A DNA stretch of 64,000 bases from an uncultured Solirubrobacteraceae bacterium (GTDB taxonomy: Bacteria > Actinomycetota > Thermoleophilia > Solirubrobacterales > Solirubrobacteraceae), in NCBI GenBank assembly GCA_964588985.1, contig CAZPQW010000011.1, forward strand, positions 41,069-105,068. The letters run 5' to 3'. Within the stretch, counting starts at the first letter, position 1, and every line of letters starts with the position of its first letter. Below are positions 19,707 to 28,912 of the stretch, in pieces. Position numbers and translations under genes: made by a program. The notes under the pieces were generated by a model. It was not told where the DNA came from, did no database searches, and was given only the letters and a program-made list of their open reading frames with translations.

Positions 19707-20096
19707 GTGATTACGAACGCACGAAGCTCCTCCCATGCCACATCGTCGACCGAGCCGGTGTACATCGAGCTGACCCAGGCCCAGGTCGATCGCGTCGTAC
19801 GCGGAGCTTCGGGGGCGGGCACGATGTCCGCCCTGATGGCTGGGCTCGGAGGCGTACGCCAGACGCTGCAGGACGCACCTGAGCAGATCGAGGACAGACG
19901 CCTCTCCAGATCGCTGCTGTCCGGCCTGCTGCTGCTCGCCTGCTTCCCGACCGACGGCACGTACCTCAGCAACACCGAGGTCGCGCGACTGGTCGGCATG
20001 AACATGAGCACCGCCCACCGCTACATCTCCACGCTCGTCTCGGTCGGACTGCTCGAACGCGACCCCGGAACGCGTCACTACCGGCTGGCGCAATGA
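19707..20096 (+). CDS. IclR-type HTH-only protein, copy 1
   Basis: SRSL..GL.LL..F ... EVARLVGM..STAHRY.STL...GLLERDP.TR.YRL; no effector domain. Confidence 0.82.
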   Translation: MITNARSSSHATSSTEPVYIELTQAQVDRVVRGASGAGTMSALMAGLGGVRQTLQDAPEQIEDRRLSRSLLSGLLLLACFPTDGTYLSNTEVARLVGMNMSTAHRYISTLVSVGLLERDPGTRHYRLAQ

Positions 20097-20746
20097 CGCT
20101 CCCCTTCGCCGCGGATCTCGGATCGACGACTCGGCCGTCCACGATCGATGACGGCCCGACGATCGTCGGCGAGGAGCAGGAGCTGCTCGATCTGCAGACC
20201 CAGCTGCTGCTCGCCGATCGCACCCATCCGGTCGTGGCGCTCACTCTCGACGAAGAGGAGATCGACGCCGCCGTCCTTTGGCTCGAGGAGATTCGCCCGA
20301 TCGTCGGCCCGGACACGCGCGTCTACTTCGTCGAGGAACCTCTGTTGAGCCTCCTGCGCGAGGGACTCGGACGCAAGCTCGCACTGACACCCGGCTCGGC
20401 GCGGATCTGGTGGCCGGGGCTCTCCACGCGCAGCGATCCCGGCGACCACCCACTCGTGCTGGCGCTCGAGGGCGAGAGCCGCGTGGACGTGCTCGCTGAG
20501 CTCGCTCGCCAGTTCGACCTCAGCCGCCCGCACGTCCGCCGCGAGCTCAAGCTCATCGAGGATGCTCGAGCGCTGGCTGAACACCGTCTCGCCGAGATCG
20601 TCGAGCAGGACCAGAGGACGGCGGAGCGCCTGCGCGACGCCCACCGCGAACGCCACCGTGAAGCGACCCGCGCACAGGCAGCCGAGGCTCGGCTGAACGA
20701 TGCGCTCAAGCGGCTCGCGGAGTGCGACTGCGAAGAGTCGGCCTAG
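20093..20746 (+). CDS. Hypothetical protein with C-terminal coiled coil
   Basis: ATGA overlap with the IclR gene; GC3 bias; charged helical C-terminus. Confidence 0.65.
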   Translation: MTLPFAADLGSTTRPSTIDDGPTIVGEEQELLDLQTQLLLADRTHPVVALTLDEEEIDAAVLWLEEIRPIVGPDTRVYFVEEPLLSLLREGLGRKLALTPGSARIWWPGLSTRSDPGDHPLVLALEGESRVDVLAELARQFDLSRPHVRRELKLIEDARALAEHRLAEIVEQDQRTAERLRDAHRERHREATRAQAAEARLNDALKRLAECDCEESA

Positions 20747-21543
20747 GGGACCAGCTCGACCCCGAGCGCGCTCGCCAGCGTCGCGAGGCCCTCGACCACG
20801 TCTCCGTCGAAGCGCACGCTCGCGATCTCGTCCAGCGGCGTGGTGCCCTGGGTGAGGATCGCCACCGATCCACCCCTCGCCCTGGTCAACAGCGGCAGCC
20901 CCGCCACGGGATGGACCTCCAGCGAGGAGCCGATGCACAGCAGCACGTCAGCGCCTTTGCACAGCTCGCGCGCACGCCCCAGCGAGCGCTCGTCGAGCAT
21001 CTCGCCGAACAGCACCACATCGGGCTTCAGCGGGCCGTCGCACGCCTCGCAGCGCGGCACGCCGTCGGGGTCTTCGGCCAGCCGAGTACGCACCTCCTCG
21101 AGCCCGATGCGCCCGCCGCAGACGGGGCAGGAGCACGTGGCGATGCTCCCGTGCACCTCCACCAGCTCACGTGTGCCGGCGACACGGTGGAGCATGTCGA
21201 TGTTCTGCGTGATCACGCCGTCGAGCATGCCCCGCTCCTCGAGCGCAACGAGCACACGGTGCGCGCCGTTGGGCTGCTTACCCCCGAGCGTCGCGAAGCG
21301 TTCGCCGTAGAAGCGCCAGAAGCGCACCGGGTCGCCGCGGAATGCCTCGATGTGCGCCACCTCCATCGGGTTCACGTTCTCCCACAGCCCCGTCCGCGGG
21401 GTGCGGAAGTCGGGGATCCCCGACGGGACCGAGATGCCCGCCCCGGTCAGCGCTACGACCGAGCGGGCGCCTTCGATCAGCTCGGCGAGCGTCTGGATCG
21501 CCGGGCGCACGCCGAGAGCGGCCGGTAGGCCGCCCCTACCCAA
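20743..21543 (-). CDS. cobB: NAD-dependent protein deacylase (Sir2 family)
   Basis: TGAGIS..SGIPDFR, TQNID.LH, HG, CxxC...CxxC, KPDVVLFGE and GSSL motifs. Confidence 0.92.
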   Translation of the reverse strand: MGRGGLPAALGVRPAIQTLAELIEGARSVVALTGAGISVPSGIPDFRTPRTGLWENVNPMEVAHIEAFRGDPVRFWRFYGERFATLGGKQPNGAHRVLVALEERGMLDGVITQNIDMLHRVAGTRELVEVHGSIATCSCPVCGGRIGLEEVRTRLAEDPDGVPRCEACDGPLKPDVVLFGEMLDERSLGRARELCKGADVLLCIGSSLEVHPVAGLPLLTRARGGSVAILTQGTTPLDEIASVRFDGDVVEGLATLASALGVELVP

Positions 21544-21546
21544 CTC

Positions 21547-23553
21547 TCACTCGCCCTTGAAGCTCGGCGCGCGTTTGCCGAGGAACGCGGAGATGCCCTC
21601 CTTGGCGTCCGCGCTCGCGAACACCGCGGCGAACGCACGCTTCTCGTCCTCGACGCCCTGGTCTAGATCGCCGGCCCCTGAGACGCTCTTGATCTGCGCC
21701 ACCGCGAGCGGCGCCTGCCCGGCGAGCTTGCGCGCCCACTGCAGCGCGGTGTCGAGCAGTTCGTGGTCCTCAACCAGGCGGTTCACCAACCCGAGCTCGA
21801 ATGCTTCATCGGCCAGGATCGGATCGCCGACGAGGTTCATCTCGAGCGCCTTGTTCGTGCCAACCAGGCGTGGCAGACGCTGGGTGCCGCCGAAGCCGGG
21901 GATGATCCCCAGCTTGATCTCCGGCTGGCCGAAGATCGCCGAGCGCGCCGCGATCCGCACGTCGCACGCCATCGCGAGCTCGCAGCCGCCGCCGAACGCG
22001 AGGCCGTTGACCGCCGCGATCGTCACGACCCCGTCCTCGCCGAGCTCTTTGAAGAGCGCGTGCGCGGAGTGGATCAGCTGCTCGCCCGCTGATTCGTCCA
22101 TCGTCGTGAACGCCTTGATGTCGGCGCCCGCGCAGTAGAGGAACGGGTTCGAGGAGGCGATCACCAGCGCGTGCACGCCTGAGCTCTTGACCTTGCTCCA
22201 GACCTTGCCCAGGTCCTCCACCACCTGCGGGGAGATCGAGTTCATCTGGCCGTTCGCCAGCCACGCGATCGCCACGCCGTCGGCGCGCGTCTCTAGCTTG
22301 ACGACCTCGGCCGGCTGCTCGGCGTCCGGCTGCGGGTAGGCGTAGAAGCCCTGGCCGCTCTTCTGGCCGAGGCGTCCCTGAGCGACGAGACGGCGCAGGA
22401 TCGTCGGCGGCATGAAGCGCTCGCCGTAGCGCTCCTGCGCGTTCTCCATCCGCTCGAGGACCGTGTCGAGGCCCTCGACGTCGGCCTTCATGAACGGCGG
22501 CATCAACCCTCTGCGAGGGTCCAGGCCGGCGCCGGCCATCATCCCGAAGTCGATGTCGCGGTGGGTCGCGACGCCCTCCTCGAGCACCAGGCACGCCTCG
22601 ATCAGTGTCTTCAGCGACAGCATCTCCACCAGCTCCGCCACGTTCGGCTCGTTGTCGCCCGAGATGTTCGGCTCGCCCTGTGCGTTGTAGAAGCCATCGC
22701 CGCCGGTCTTCGCGCCGAGCTTGCCGTCGGCCACGAGCTTCTGCATGCCCTTGGGCACGTAGAAGCGTTCCTCGCCGTAGGACTCGACGAGGTGCTCGGC
22801 GACGTGCAGCACCGTGTCCAGGCCGAGCAGGTTCACCAGGTAGTAGGGGCCGATCGGCACCACGCCCGCGGCTCCGACGCCCTCGTCGATCGCTTTGATC
22901 GACAGGCCCTTCTCCTCCTGCTCGCGCCACACCTCCGAGATCCCCGAGTTGAGGATGCGGTTGACGACGAAGCCCGGGACCTCGGCACAGGTGATCGGCT
23001 GCTTGCGGATCGCCTGCGCGAACGTGATCGCCGCGCTGACAGTCTCGGCGGAGGTTTCCTCGCCCTCGACGATCTCGATCAGCGGCATGATCGACGCGGG
23101 GTAGAAGTAGTGGAAGCCCACGACCTTCTCCGGGCGCAGCGTCGCTTCGCCCATCTCCGTGATCGACAGCGAGGAGGTGTTCGACGCGAGGATCGCGTGG
23201 CCGGGGGTGGCCGCGTCGAGCTCCGCGAACACGCTCTGCTTTATGTCCATCCGCTCGGGGACCGCCTCGACGACGAAGTCCACGTCGCCGAAGGCCTCAT
23301 ACGAGGTCGTCCCGTGGATCCGCCCCATGACCGCGTCGATCTGCTCCTGCGCCTGCTCGGCGGTGATCTTGCCCTTCTCGACGAGCTTGTTGATCTGCCC
23401 GCTGGTGACGTTGCGGGCCTCGTCGAGGCCCGCCTGCACGAGTGCGTCGTCGATGTCCTTCAACACCACCGGCGTTCCGGAGGCGGCGATCGTCTGGGCG
23501 ATCTGCCCGCCCATTGTTCCCGCCCCGACGACGGCGGCCTTGAAGACGAACAT
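21547..23553 (-). CDS. 3-hydroxyacyl-CoA dehydrogenase / enoyl-CoA hydratase fusion (dehydrogenase N-terminal)
   Basis: VVGAGTMG, ASNTSSL, PGFVVNR; C-terminal AGADI, GGGCELA, PE...G..PGFGGTQRL. Confidence 0.92.
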   Translation of the reverse strand: MFVFKAAVVGAGTMGGQIAQTIAASGTPVVLKDIDDALVQAGLDEARNVTSGQINKLVEKGKITAEQAQEQIDAVMGRIHGTTSYEAFGDVDFVVEAVPERMDIKQSVFAELDAATPGHAILASNTSSLSITEMGEATLRPEKVVGFHYFYPASIMPLIEIVEGEETSAETVSAAITFAQAIRKQPITCAEVPGFVVNRILNSGISEVWREQEEKGLSIKAIDEGVGAAGVVPIGPYYLVNLLGLDTVLHVAEHLVESYGEERFYVPKGMQKLVADGKLGAKTGGDGFYNAQGEPNISGDNEPNVAELVEMLSLKTLIEACLVLEEGVATHRDIDFGMMAGAGLDPRRGLMPPFMKADVEGLDTVLERMENAQERYGERFMPPTILRRLVAQGRLGQKSGQGFYAYPQPDAEQPAEVVKLETRADGVAIAWLANGQMNSISPQVVEDLGKVWSKVKSSGVHALVIASSNPFLYCAGADIKAFTTMDESAGEQLIHSAHALFKELGEDGVVTIAAVNGLAFGGGCELAMACDVRIAARSAIFGQPEIKLGIIPGFGGTQRLPRLVGTNKALEMNLVGDPILADEAFELGLVNRLVEDHELLDTALQWARKLAGQAPLAVAQIKSVSGAGDLDQGVEDEKRAFAAVFASADAKEGISAFLGKRAPSFKGE

Positions 23554-24725
23554 CAGGCGGGAACCGCCGTCGGCTCCTCGGCACGTCGTGGCAGCAGCGT
23601 TTCGCGCGCGATCACCAGCCGCTGGATCTGCGAGGTGCCCTCGTACAGCTGCATGATCTTCGCGTCGCGGAACAGCTTCTCCACGGGGTACTCCTTGATG
23701 AAGCCGTAGCCGCCGTACACCTGCACCGCGTCCGTCGCGATCTTCATCGCCGCGTCCGCGGCGAAGCGCTTCGCGTGCGAGGAGACCAGCGTGTTGCGTT
23801 CGCCGTTGTCGAGCATCGTCGCCGACTTCCACGTCAGCAGCCGCGCTGCCTCGATTTCGGTCGCCATGTCGGCGATCATGAACTGGATCGCCTGGTGCAT
23901 CGCGATCGGCACGCCGAACTGGACGCGTTCGCGCGAGTAGTCGACCGCGAACTCGAACGCCGCGCGAGCGATGCCGGTGGCCATCGCCGCGACACCCGGG
24001 CGGGTGCGGTCGAGCGTCATCATCGCCAGTTTGAAGCCCTTGTTTTCCTCGCCCAGCAGGTTCTCGGCGGGGACCTCGACATCGTTGAAGGAGATCGTCG
24101 CGGTGTTCGACGCGCGCTGCCCGAGCTTGTCCTCCTTCTTGTCCACGACCACGCCCCAGTCGCGCTCGACCACGAACGCCGAGATGCCACGGTGGCCGGC
24201 GTCCTTGTCGGTCTTCGCGTAGACGGTGTAGTAGTCGGCGTAGCCGCCGTTGGTGATGAAGCACTTGGAGCCGTTGATGACGTACTTGTCGCCCTTCTTC
24301 ACGGCCGTTGTGCGCATGCCGGAGACGTCGGAGCCGGCGTCCGGCTCGGTCAGGCAGAACGAAGCGAGCTTGGGCGCTTCGGTGAGCATGCCGAGGTACT
24401 TCTTCTTGATCTCCTCGGAGCCGCCCAGCGCGATCGGCGCGGTGGCCAGGCCGTTGCAGCCGAGCGAGGTCTGGATCCCCGAGCAGCCCCACGAGAGCTC
24501 CTCCTCGATCAGGCAGCCATCGAGGTAGCCGGCGCCGGCTCCGCCGTAGGCCTCCTCGATGTGGGAGTTCATCAGTCCCACCTCCCACGCTTTCTCGACC
24601 AGGTCCTGCGGCCACGTGCCGTCCTTGTCGTACTCCCAGGCTACGGGGCGTATCTCCTTGACGGCGAAGTCGTGCGCCATCTCGCGCAGGTTCTTCTGCT
24701 CGTCTGTGAGCGTGAAATCGACCAT
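23553..24725 (-). CDS. Acyl-CoA dehydrogenase
   Basis: LTEPDAGSD, NGSK.FITNG, R.QFG, Q..GGYG and YEGTSQIQ motifs. Confidence 0.95.
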   Translation of the reverse strand: MVDFTLTDEQKNLREMAHDFAVKEIRPVAWEYDKDGTWPQDLVEKAWEVGLMNSHIEEAYGGAGAGYLDGCLIEEELSWGCSGIQTSLGCNGLATAPIALGGSEEIKKKYLGMLTEAPKLASFCLTEPDAGSDVSGMRTTAVKKGDKYVINGSKCFITNGGYADYYTVYAKTDKDAGHRGISAFVVERDWGVVVDKKEDKLGQRASNTATISFNDVEVPAENLLGEENKGFKLAMMTLDRTRPGVAAMATGIARAAFEFAVDYSRERVQFGVPIAMHQAIQFMIADMATEIEAARLLTWKSATMLDNGERNTLVSSHAKRFAADAAMKIATDAVQVYGGYGFIKEYPVEKLFRDAKIMQLYEGTSQIQRLVIARETLLPRRAEEPTAVPA

Positions 24726-24772
24726 TCTCAGATCTCCTTACGGGCTGGCGCGTGAAAGTGGCGCGGGACATA

Positions 24773-24792
24773 GATTGACTGGTCAGTCAATC
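24773..24792. promoter_or_regulatory. TetR-like operator palindrome upstream of the beta-oxidation operon
   Basis: GATTGACTG-GT-CAGTCAATC, a perfect 9 bp inverted repeat in the divergent gap. Confidence 0.75.
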
Positions 24793-24842
24793 CAGAGAGC
24801 GGAGGGTAGCGAACGGCAGGCCGATCGGCAACAATCAGCAGT

Positions 24843-25331
24843 GTGGACCGCGCCATCGCGACTCTCGTGCTCGGCATCATCGAAAACCCGCTGAGCTTCG
24901 TCGTCATCGGCGCGGTCGCCTTCTCGGTGCTGATGTGCCTCGTGTTCGCCGCCTCCCGCGGCGCCGGCAGCATGTACGACCAGATCGGCCAGGGCGGCTT
25001 CTCGCGCGAAGGCGACCAGCCGAAGAGCGGCATGCTCACCCCGATACCCGGCTCGACCGCGGCGAGCGCGGAGCAGGAGCGGGAGATTCGCCAGATGCTC
25101 GCCGCGCGCAGCGAGCGGATGGTGCGCCGGGGCGAGCCGGCGCTGGACGTCGACGCCGAGCTCGCGCGCCTGCTCACGCCCGCAAGCGCACCCGGGAAAC
25201 ACGACGCCGAGCTCGCCGAAGAGGTGCGCCAGCTCGTCATAGCGCGCAACGAACGGCGTATCCGCCAGGGTCTCGAGCCCCTCGACGAGGACGCCGAGGT
25301 GACACGCACGCTCGCGGAGATGGACCCGTGA
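24843..25331 (+). CDS. Membrane-anchored hypothetical protein with internal duplication
   Basis: N-terminal TM; two copies of E.RQ...AR.ER..R.G...LD.DAE. Confidence 0.7.
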   Translation: MDRAIATLVLGIIENPLSFVVIGAVAFSVLMCLVFAASRGAGSMYDQIGQGGFSREGDQPKSGMLTPIPGSTAASAEQEREIRQMLAARSERMVRRGEPALDVDAELARLLTPASAPGKHDAELAEEVRQLVIARNERRIRQGLEPLDEDAEVTRTLAEMDP

Positions 25332-25365
25332 ACACAGCGCCGGCGCCGTGGGGTATAAACGCGCC

Positions 25366-25707
25366 ATGACCAACGCGCGCCGCTTCCAGATCGACGAGCT
25401 GACCCTCCGTCCCGGCACCTACTTCAACCCGCAGACCGAGATCATGATCGTCGTCGACGACTCACCCGAGGTCGACCACGAGCTGTTCGAGATGGACGAG
25501 TTCGACAGCGACGAGTGGGTGCTGATCGCAGAGGACACCCCGCTCGACGAACCCAAGCGCGACGAGCTCGTCGAGCGCTTCCAGCTCGCCTACCAGGGGA
25601 CCAGCGAGCTGTCCGCGGACGACGACGATGACGACGAAGACGAGGACGACGACGAAGAGGACGACGAGCTCGACGGCGTCGAAGAGCTGGAGCTCGACAG
25701 AGACTGA
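25366..25707 (+). CDS. Highly acidic hypothetical protein
   Basis: GC3-biased ORF with poly-Asp/Glu tail; TATAAA just upstream. Confidence 0.7.
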   Translation: MTNARRFQIDELTLRPGTYFNPQTEIMIVVDDSPEVDHELFEMDEFDSDEWVLIAEDTPLDEPKRDELVERFQLAYQGTSELSADDDDDDEDEDDDEEDDELDGVEELELDRD

Positions 25708-25725
25708 GTCGCTAGCATCGAAGCG

Positions 25726-27225
25726 GTGCGCTTGAAGCGTCTCGCGGCACTCGCCCTCGGGGTCCTCGCCCTGGGCGGGGCCGGCTCTCCCGCTGCCCTG
25801 GCTGCCCACAAGCACGCGCCGACCGTCACCGCCGCGCTCCAGAGCCTGCTGCATGGAGGCTCGATCGCGGAAGCCGCCTACCGCCAGGACTACAGCGCGT
25901 ACGTCGCCGCCAAACGCTCCGTCGGGCGACTCGGCGGCACCCGCCGCGCGGAGCTGAGCGCGGTCTTGACCAACGTGCAGCAGATGGCCGCCGCCGGCCA
26001 GCTGATCCCCTCGCGCCTGCCGGCGGTGTTCCTCACGCTCGAACGCAACCGCACCTGGTGGACGACCGAACCGCTGCTCGCGAGCGGGGATCGGGTGAGC
26101 TTCCCGGGAAGCAAGCTGATCTGGCAGTACTACCCCGGACAGGGCATCGAGATCCAATGGCTGGCTACGTTTGGCGAGGGCAACGGCTTCTTCCTCTCCG
26201 GCCACGAAAACTCGAACCTGCGCCAGCTGGCGAGCGAAATCATCCCGCTCGCCACGCAGCGCGCGGGGGGCATCGCGTGGGAGTACCTGTTCCACTTCGA
26301 CGGCGGCGCGCCGCCATGGACGAGCGGCCTCTCGCAGGGGACGGCCCTGCAGGTGCTCGCGCGCTCCTACCTGCGCTTCAAAGAACCGGCCGATCTCACG
26401 GCGGCCCAGCAGGCGCTCGGGATCTTCAAACTGCCGCCACCGCAGGGCGTGCGTGTGAGCACCCCCGCGGGCGTGATCTACGCCGAGTACACCTACGCGC
26501 CCAGCGACCGCATCCTCAACGGCTTCATCCAGGCGCTCGTCGGCCTGTACGACTACACCTCCATCACCCAGGATCCGCTGGGGCTGGCGCTGTTCGAAGC
26601 TGGAGACGCGGAGGCGCGCGTGCTCACGCCCCACTACGACACGGGCGCGTGGTCGCTGTACGACCAGTTCGGCGAATCGAACCTCAACTACCACGAACTG
26701 CTCGCCGAATTCCTCCAGCACCTGTGCGAACGGTCGAAGAAAGGCATCCCGATCGCGCCCGCGGCGCCGCCGCCGGCGCCGAGCACGACGCCCACCGCCC
26801 CACCGCCCGCCTCCACCACCTCCAAAACCGGCGGAGCAAGCTCGGGCGCGGTCGCGGCGAGCGCCCCCACCGCCCCCGTGAGCACGCCGATCGCCGCCGA
26901 TCAGATCTACTGCACGACCGCGCAGCGCTTCTACGCCGACGTGCACACGCCACCCGTGGTCGCACTGCTGACGACGAAGCTGCACGGCGGCACCCGCGGC
27001 GGCGTGAAGATGTCGCTGTCGAAGATCTCCACCGTCAACCTCACCGTGCGCAAGGGCTCCCACGTGGTCTGGAGCAACAGCGCGACGGTCGGCGGGGGCA
27101 AGCCGAAGCTGCTGTGGGTGACGCCCGCCAAGGGCGGCACGTTCACGGTCACGCTCACCGCCACCGACCTCGCGGGCAACTTCGCCACGACCAACGGCAC
27201 GATCGTCGTCTCGCCGCATAAGTGA
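25726..27225 (+). CDS. Secreted D-glucuronyl C5-epimerase C-terminal-domain protein
   Basis: Signal peptide; W.SGLSQG, YAEY, ILNGFI.AL.GLYDY, YDTG.WSLYD and YH motifs; Ig-like C-terminus. Confidence 0.78.
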   Translation: MRLKRLAALALGVLALGGAGSPAALAAHKHAPTVTAALQSLLHGGSIAEAAYRQDYSAYVAAKRSVGRLGGTRRAELSAVLTNVQQMAAAGQLIPSRLPAVFLTLERNRTWWTTEPLLASGDRVSFPGSKLIWQYYPGQGIEIQWLATFGEGNGFFLSGHENSNLRQLASEIIPLATQRAGGIAWEYLFHFDGGAPPWTSGLSQGTALQVLARSYLRFKEPADLTAAQQALGIFKLPPPQGVRVSTPAGVIYAEYTYAPSDRILNGFIQALVGLYDYTSITQDPLGLALFEAGDAEARVLTPHYDTGAWSLYDQFGESNLNYHELLAEFLQHLCERSKKGIPIAPAAPPPAPSTTPTAPPPASTTSKTGGASSGAVAASAPTAPVSTPIAADQIYCTTAQRFYADVHTPPVVALLTTKLHGGTRGGVKMSLSKISTVNLTVRKGSHVVWSNSATVGGGKPKLLWVTPAKGGTFTVTLTATDLAGNFATTNGTIVVSPHK

Positions 27226-27255
27226 GCCGCCGCGCCGCGCCTAGACTAGGCGCCA

Positions 27256-27933
27256 GTGACACGACTCGCACACGCATGGCACGCGATGCGCCCTGAGCAG
27301 CGGCTGGCCGCGCTGGCCGCGCTCGCGCTGCTCGTGACGATGTTCTTCCCGTGGTACGGGCTGCAGAGCCTCAACCCCAAGACCAAGGCGATCTACTCGC
27401 ACAACATCAGCGCGTTCGGCGACGTGTCGTTCGTCGAGGCCGCGATCTTCCTCGTCGCCGTCGGAGTGGTCGCGATGCTGATCGCACGTGCGGAGGGACG
27501 CGACTTCCAGCTGCCCGGAGGCGACGGCACGGTCGTGCTGATCACGGGCGCGTGGGCGGGCCTCCTGATCTTCTACCGCGTGTTCAGCCGACCCGCCGGC
27601 GACGGCTACCCGGTGGGGATCGAGTGGGGGTTCTTCCTCGCGTTCGTCGCCGCCGGCGGCCTCGCGTTCGCGGGGTTGAGGATGCGCGCGGGCGAACGGC
27701 CCTCGCCTCCGCTCGTGCGCCCGCGCGGTGAACAGCGCAGGCGCACGCCGGTCAATCCGAGGCCCGTCGATCCGGACAGCCCCGTGCTCGCCTCCGGTCC
27801 GCTTCGCCACCATCGCTCCGCGCCGGTTCCCGCTGCTCGCACGCCGCCCGTCGAGCGCTCGCCGTATCCGCCGGCACCGTCCGGCAAGCCCGAGCAGCTC
27901 TCCTTCGAAGACCCGCCCACGCGGGCGGAGTAG
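27256..27933 (+). CDS. Hypothetical membrane protein
   Basis: Four hydrophobic segments plus a Pro-rich tail. Confidence 0.7.
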   Translation: MTRLAHAWHAMRPEQRLAALAALALLVTMFFPWYGLQSLNPKTKAIYSHNISAFGDVSFVEAAIFLVAVGVVAMLIARAEGRDFQLPGGDGTVVLITGAWAGLLIFYRVFSRPAGDGYPVGIEWGFFLAFVAAGGLAFAGLRMRAGERPSPPLVRPRGEQRRRTPVNPRPVDPDSPVLASGPLRHHRSAPVPAARTPPVERSPYPPAPSGKPEQLSFEDPPTRAE

Positions 27934-27994
27934 CCGTACCGCCGAGCCACGCGCGCGGCCCCGCTCTCAGCCGACGCCTATCATTGGTTCGACG

Positions 27995-28912
27995 ATGTCC
28001 GCGCCCCTGCCACCCTCGCCAGCCTCCGTCGCGGAGCTGGCAGCGGGTTTGCGCGAGGTCGGCTACCTGCCCGGCGAGTCGACCGCGCTGGTGTCGTTCC
28101 TGGCGACCAAGCTCGGCAAGCCCGTGCTCGTGGAGGGTCCCGCCGGGGTCGGCAAGACCGAGCTCGCGAAGGCGCTCGCGAGACACCTGGGCCGCGAGCT
28201 GGTGCGCCTGCAGTGCTACGAGGGGCTCGACGAGGCGAAGGCGCTGTACGAGTGGAACTACCGCAAGCAGCTGCTGCGCATCCAGGCGGAGGCGACCGAC
28301 ACCGGCTGGGACGCAGTGCAGGAGGACATCTTCGGCGACGAGTTCCTGCTCGCACGCCCGCTGATGACCGCGATCGCCTCCCCCGAGCCGGTTGTGCTGC
28401 TGATCGACGAGATCGACAAGACCGACCAGGAGTTCGAGGCGATGCTGCTGGAGGTGCTCTCCGACTTCCAGATCTCGATCCCCGAGCTGGGTCTCGTGCA
28501 GGCGCGCACGCACCCGGTGGTGCTGCTCACGTCGAACAACTCGCGTGAGCTCACCGAGGCGCTCAAGCGCCGCTGCCTGTACCTGTGGCTCGACTACCCC
28601 GAGCTCGAGCACGAGCTGGAGATCGTGCGGCTGCACGCACCCGAACTCGACGAGACGGTCGCCCGCCGGCTGGTGGAGGTCGTGGGCATGGTGCGCGCAC
28701 TGGACCTGAAGAAGCCGCCGTCGATCGCGGAGTCGATCGACTGGGCGCGCGCGCTACTCTTGCTCGGCGTCAAGGACATCGACTCGGACACCTTCATGGA
28801 AACGATGTCGGTGATCGTCAAGCACCGCACCGACATGGACGTGGTCGCCGATCGCGTGGGCCTGAAGCTCAGCTCGCCCGCTGCGACCGGGCCGGCGCCG
28901 CATGTCGCCTGA
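27995..28912 (+). CDS. MoxR/CoxD-like AAA+ ATPase
   Basis: EGPAGVGKTELA, RLQCYEGLD, LLIDEIDK and ALKRRC motifs. Confidence 0.92.
   Translation: MSAPLPPSPASVAELAAGLREVGYLPGESTALVSFLATKLGKPVLVEGPAGVGKTELAKALARHLGRELVRLQCYEGLDEAKALYEWNYRKQLLRIQAEATDTGWDAVQEDIFGDEFLLARPLMTAIASPEPVVLLIDEIDKTDQEFEAMLLEVLSDFQISIPELGLVQARTHPVVLLTSNNSRELTEALKRRCLYLWLDYPELEHELEIVRLHAPELDETVARRLVEVVGMVRALDLKKPPSIAESIDWARALLLLGVKDIDSDTFMETMSVIVKHRTDMDVVADRVGLKLSSPAATGPAPHVA

Noticed and set aside
13100-20750. Cassettes as mobile elements
   Set aside because: I could see no integrase, transposase, terminal repeats, target duplications or tRNA at either copy.
21547-24771. Apparent 1074 aa fusion ORF
   Set aside because: The first ~400 aa are an off-frame read of the acyl-CoA dehydrogenase gene; the real start is 23553. 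The same applies to the extended ORFs of ftsH, tilS, the permease, ThiY and NuoF-like genes.
25615-25680. GAC/GAG trinucleotide run as a microsatellite
   Set aside because: It simply encodes the acidic tail of the 25366-25707 protein.
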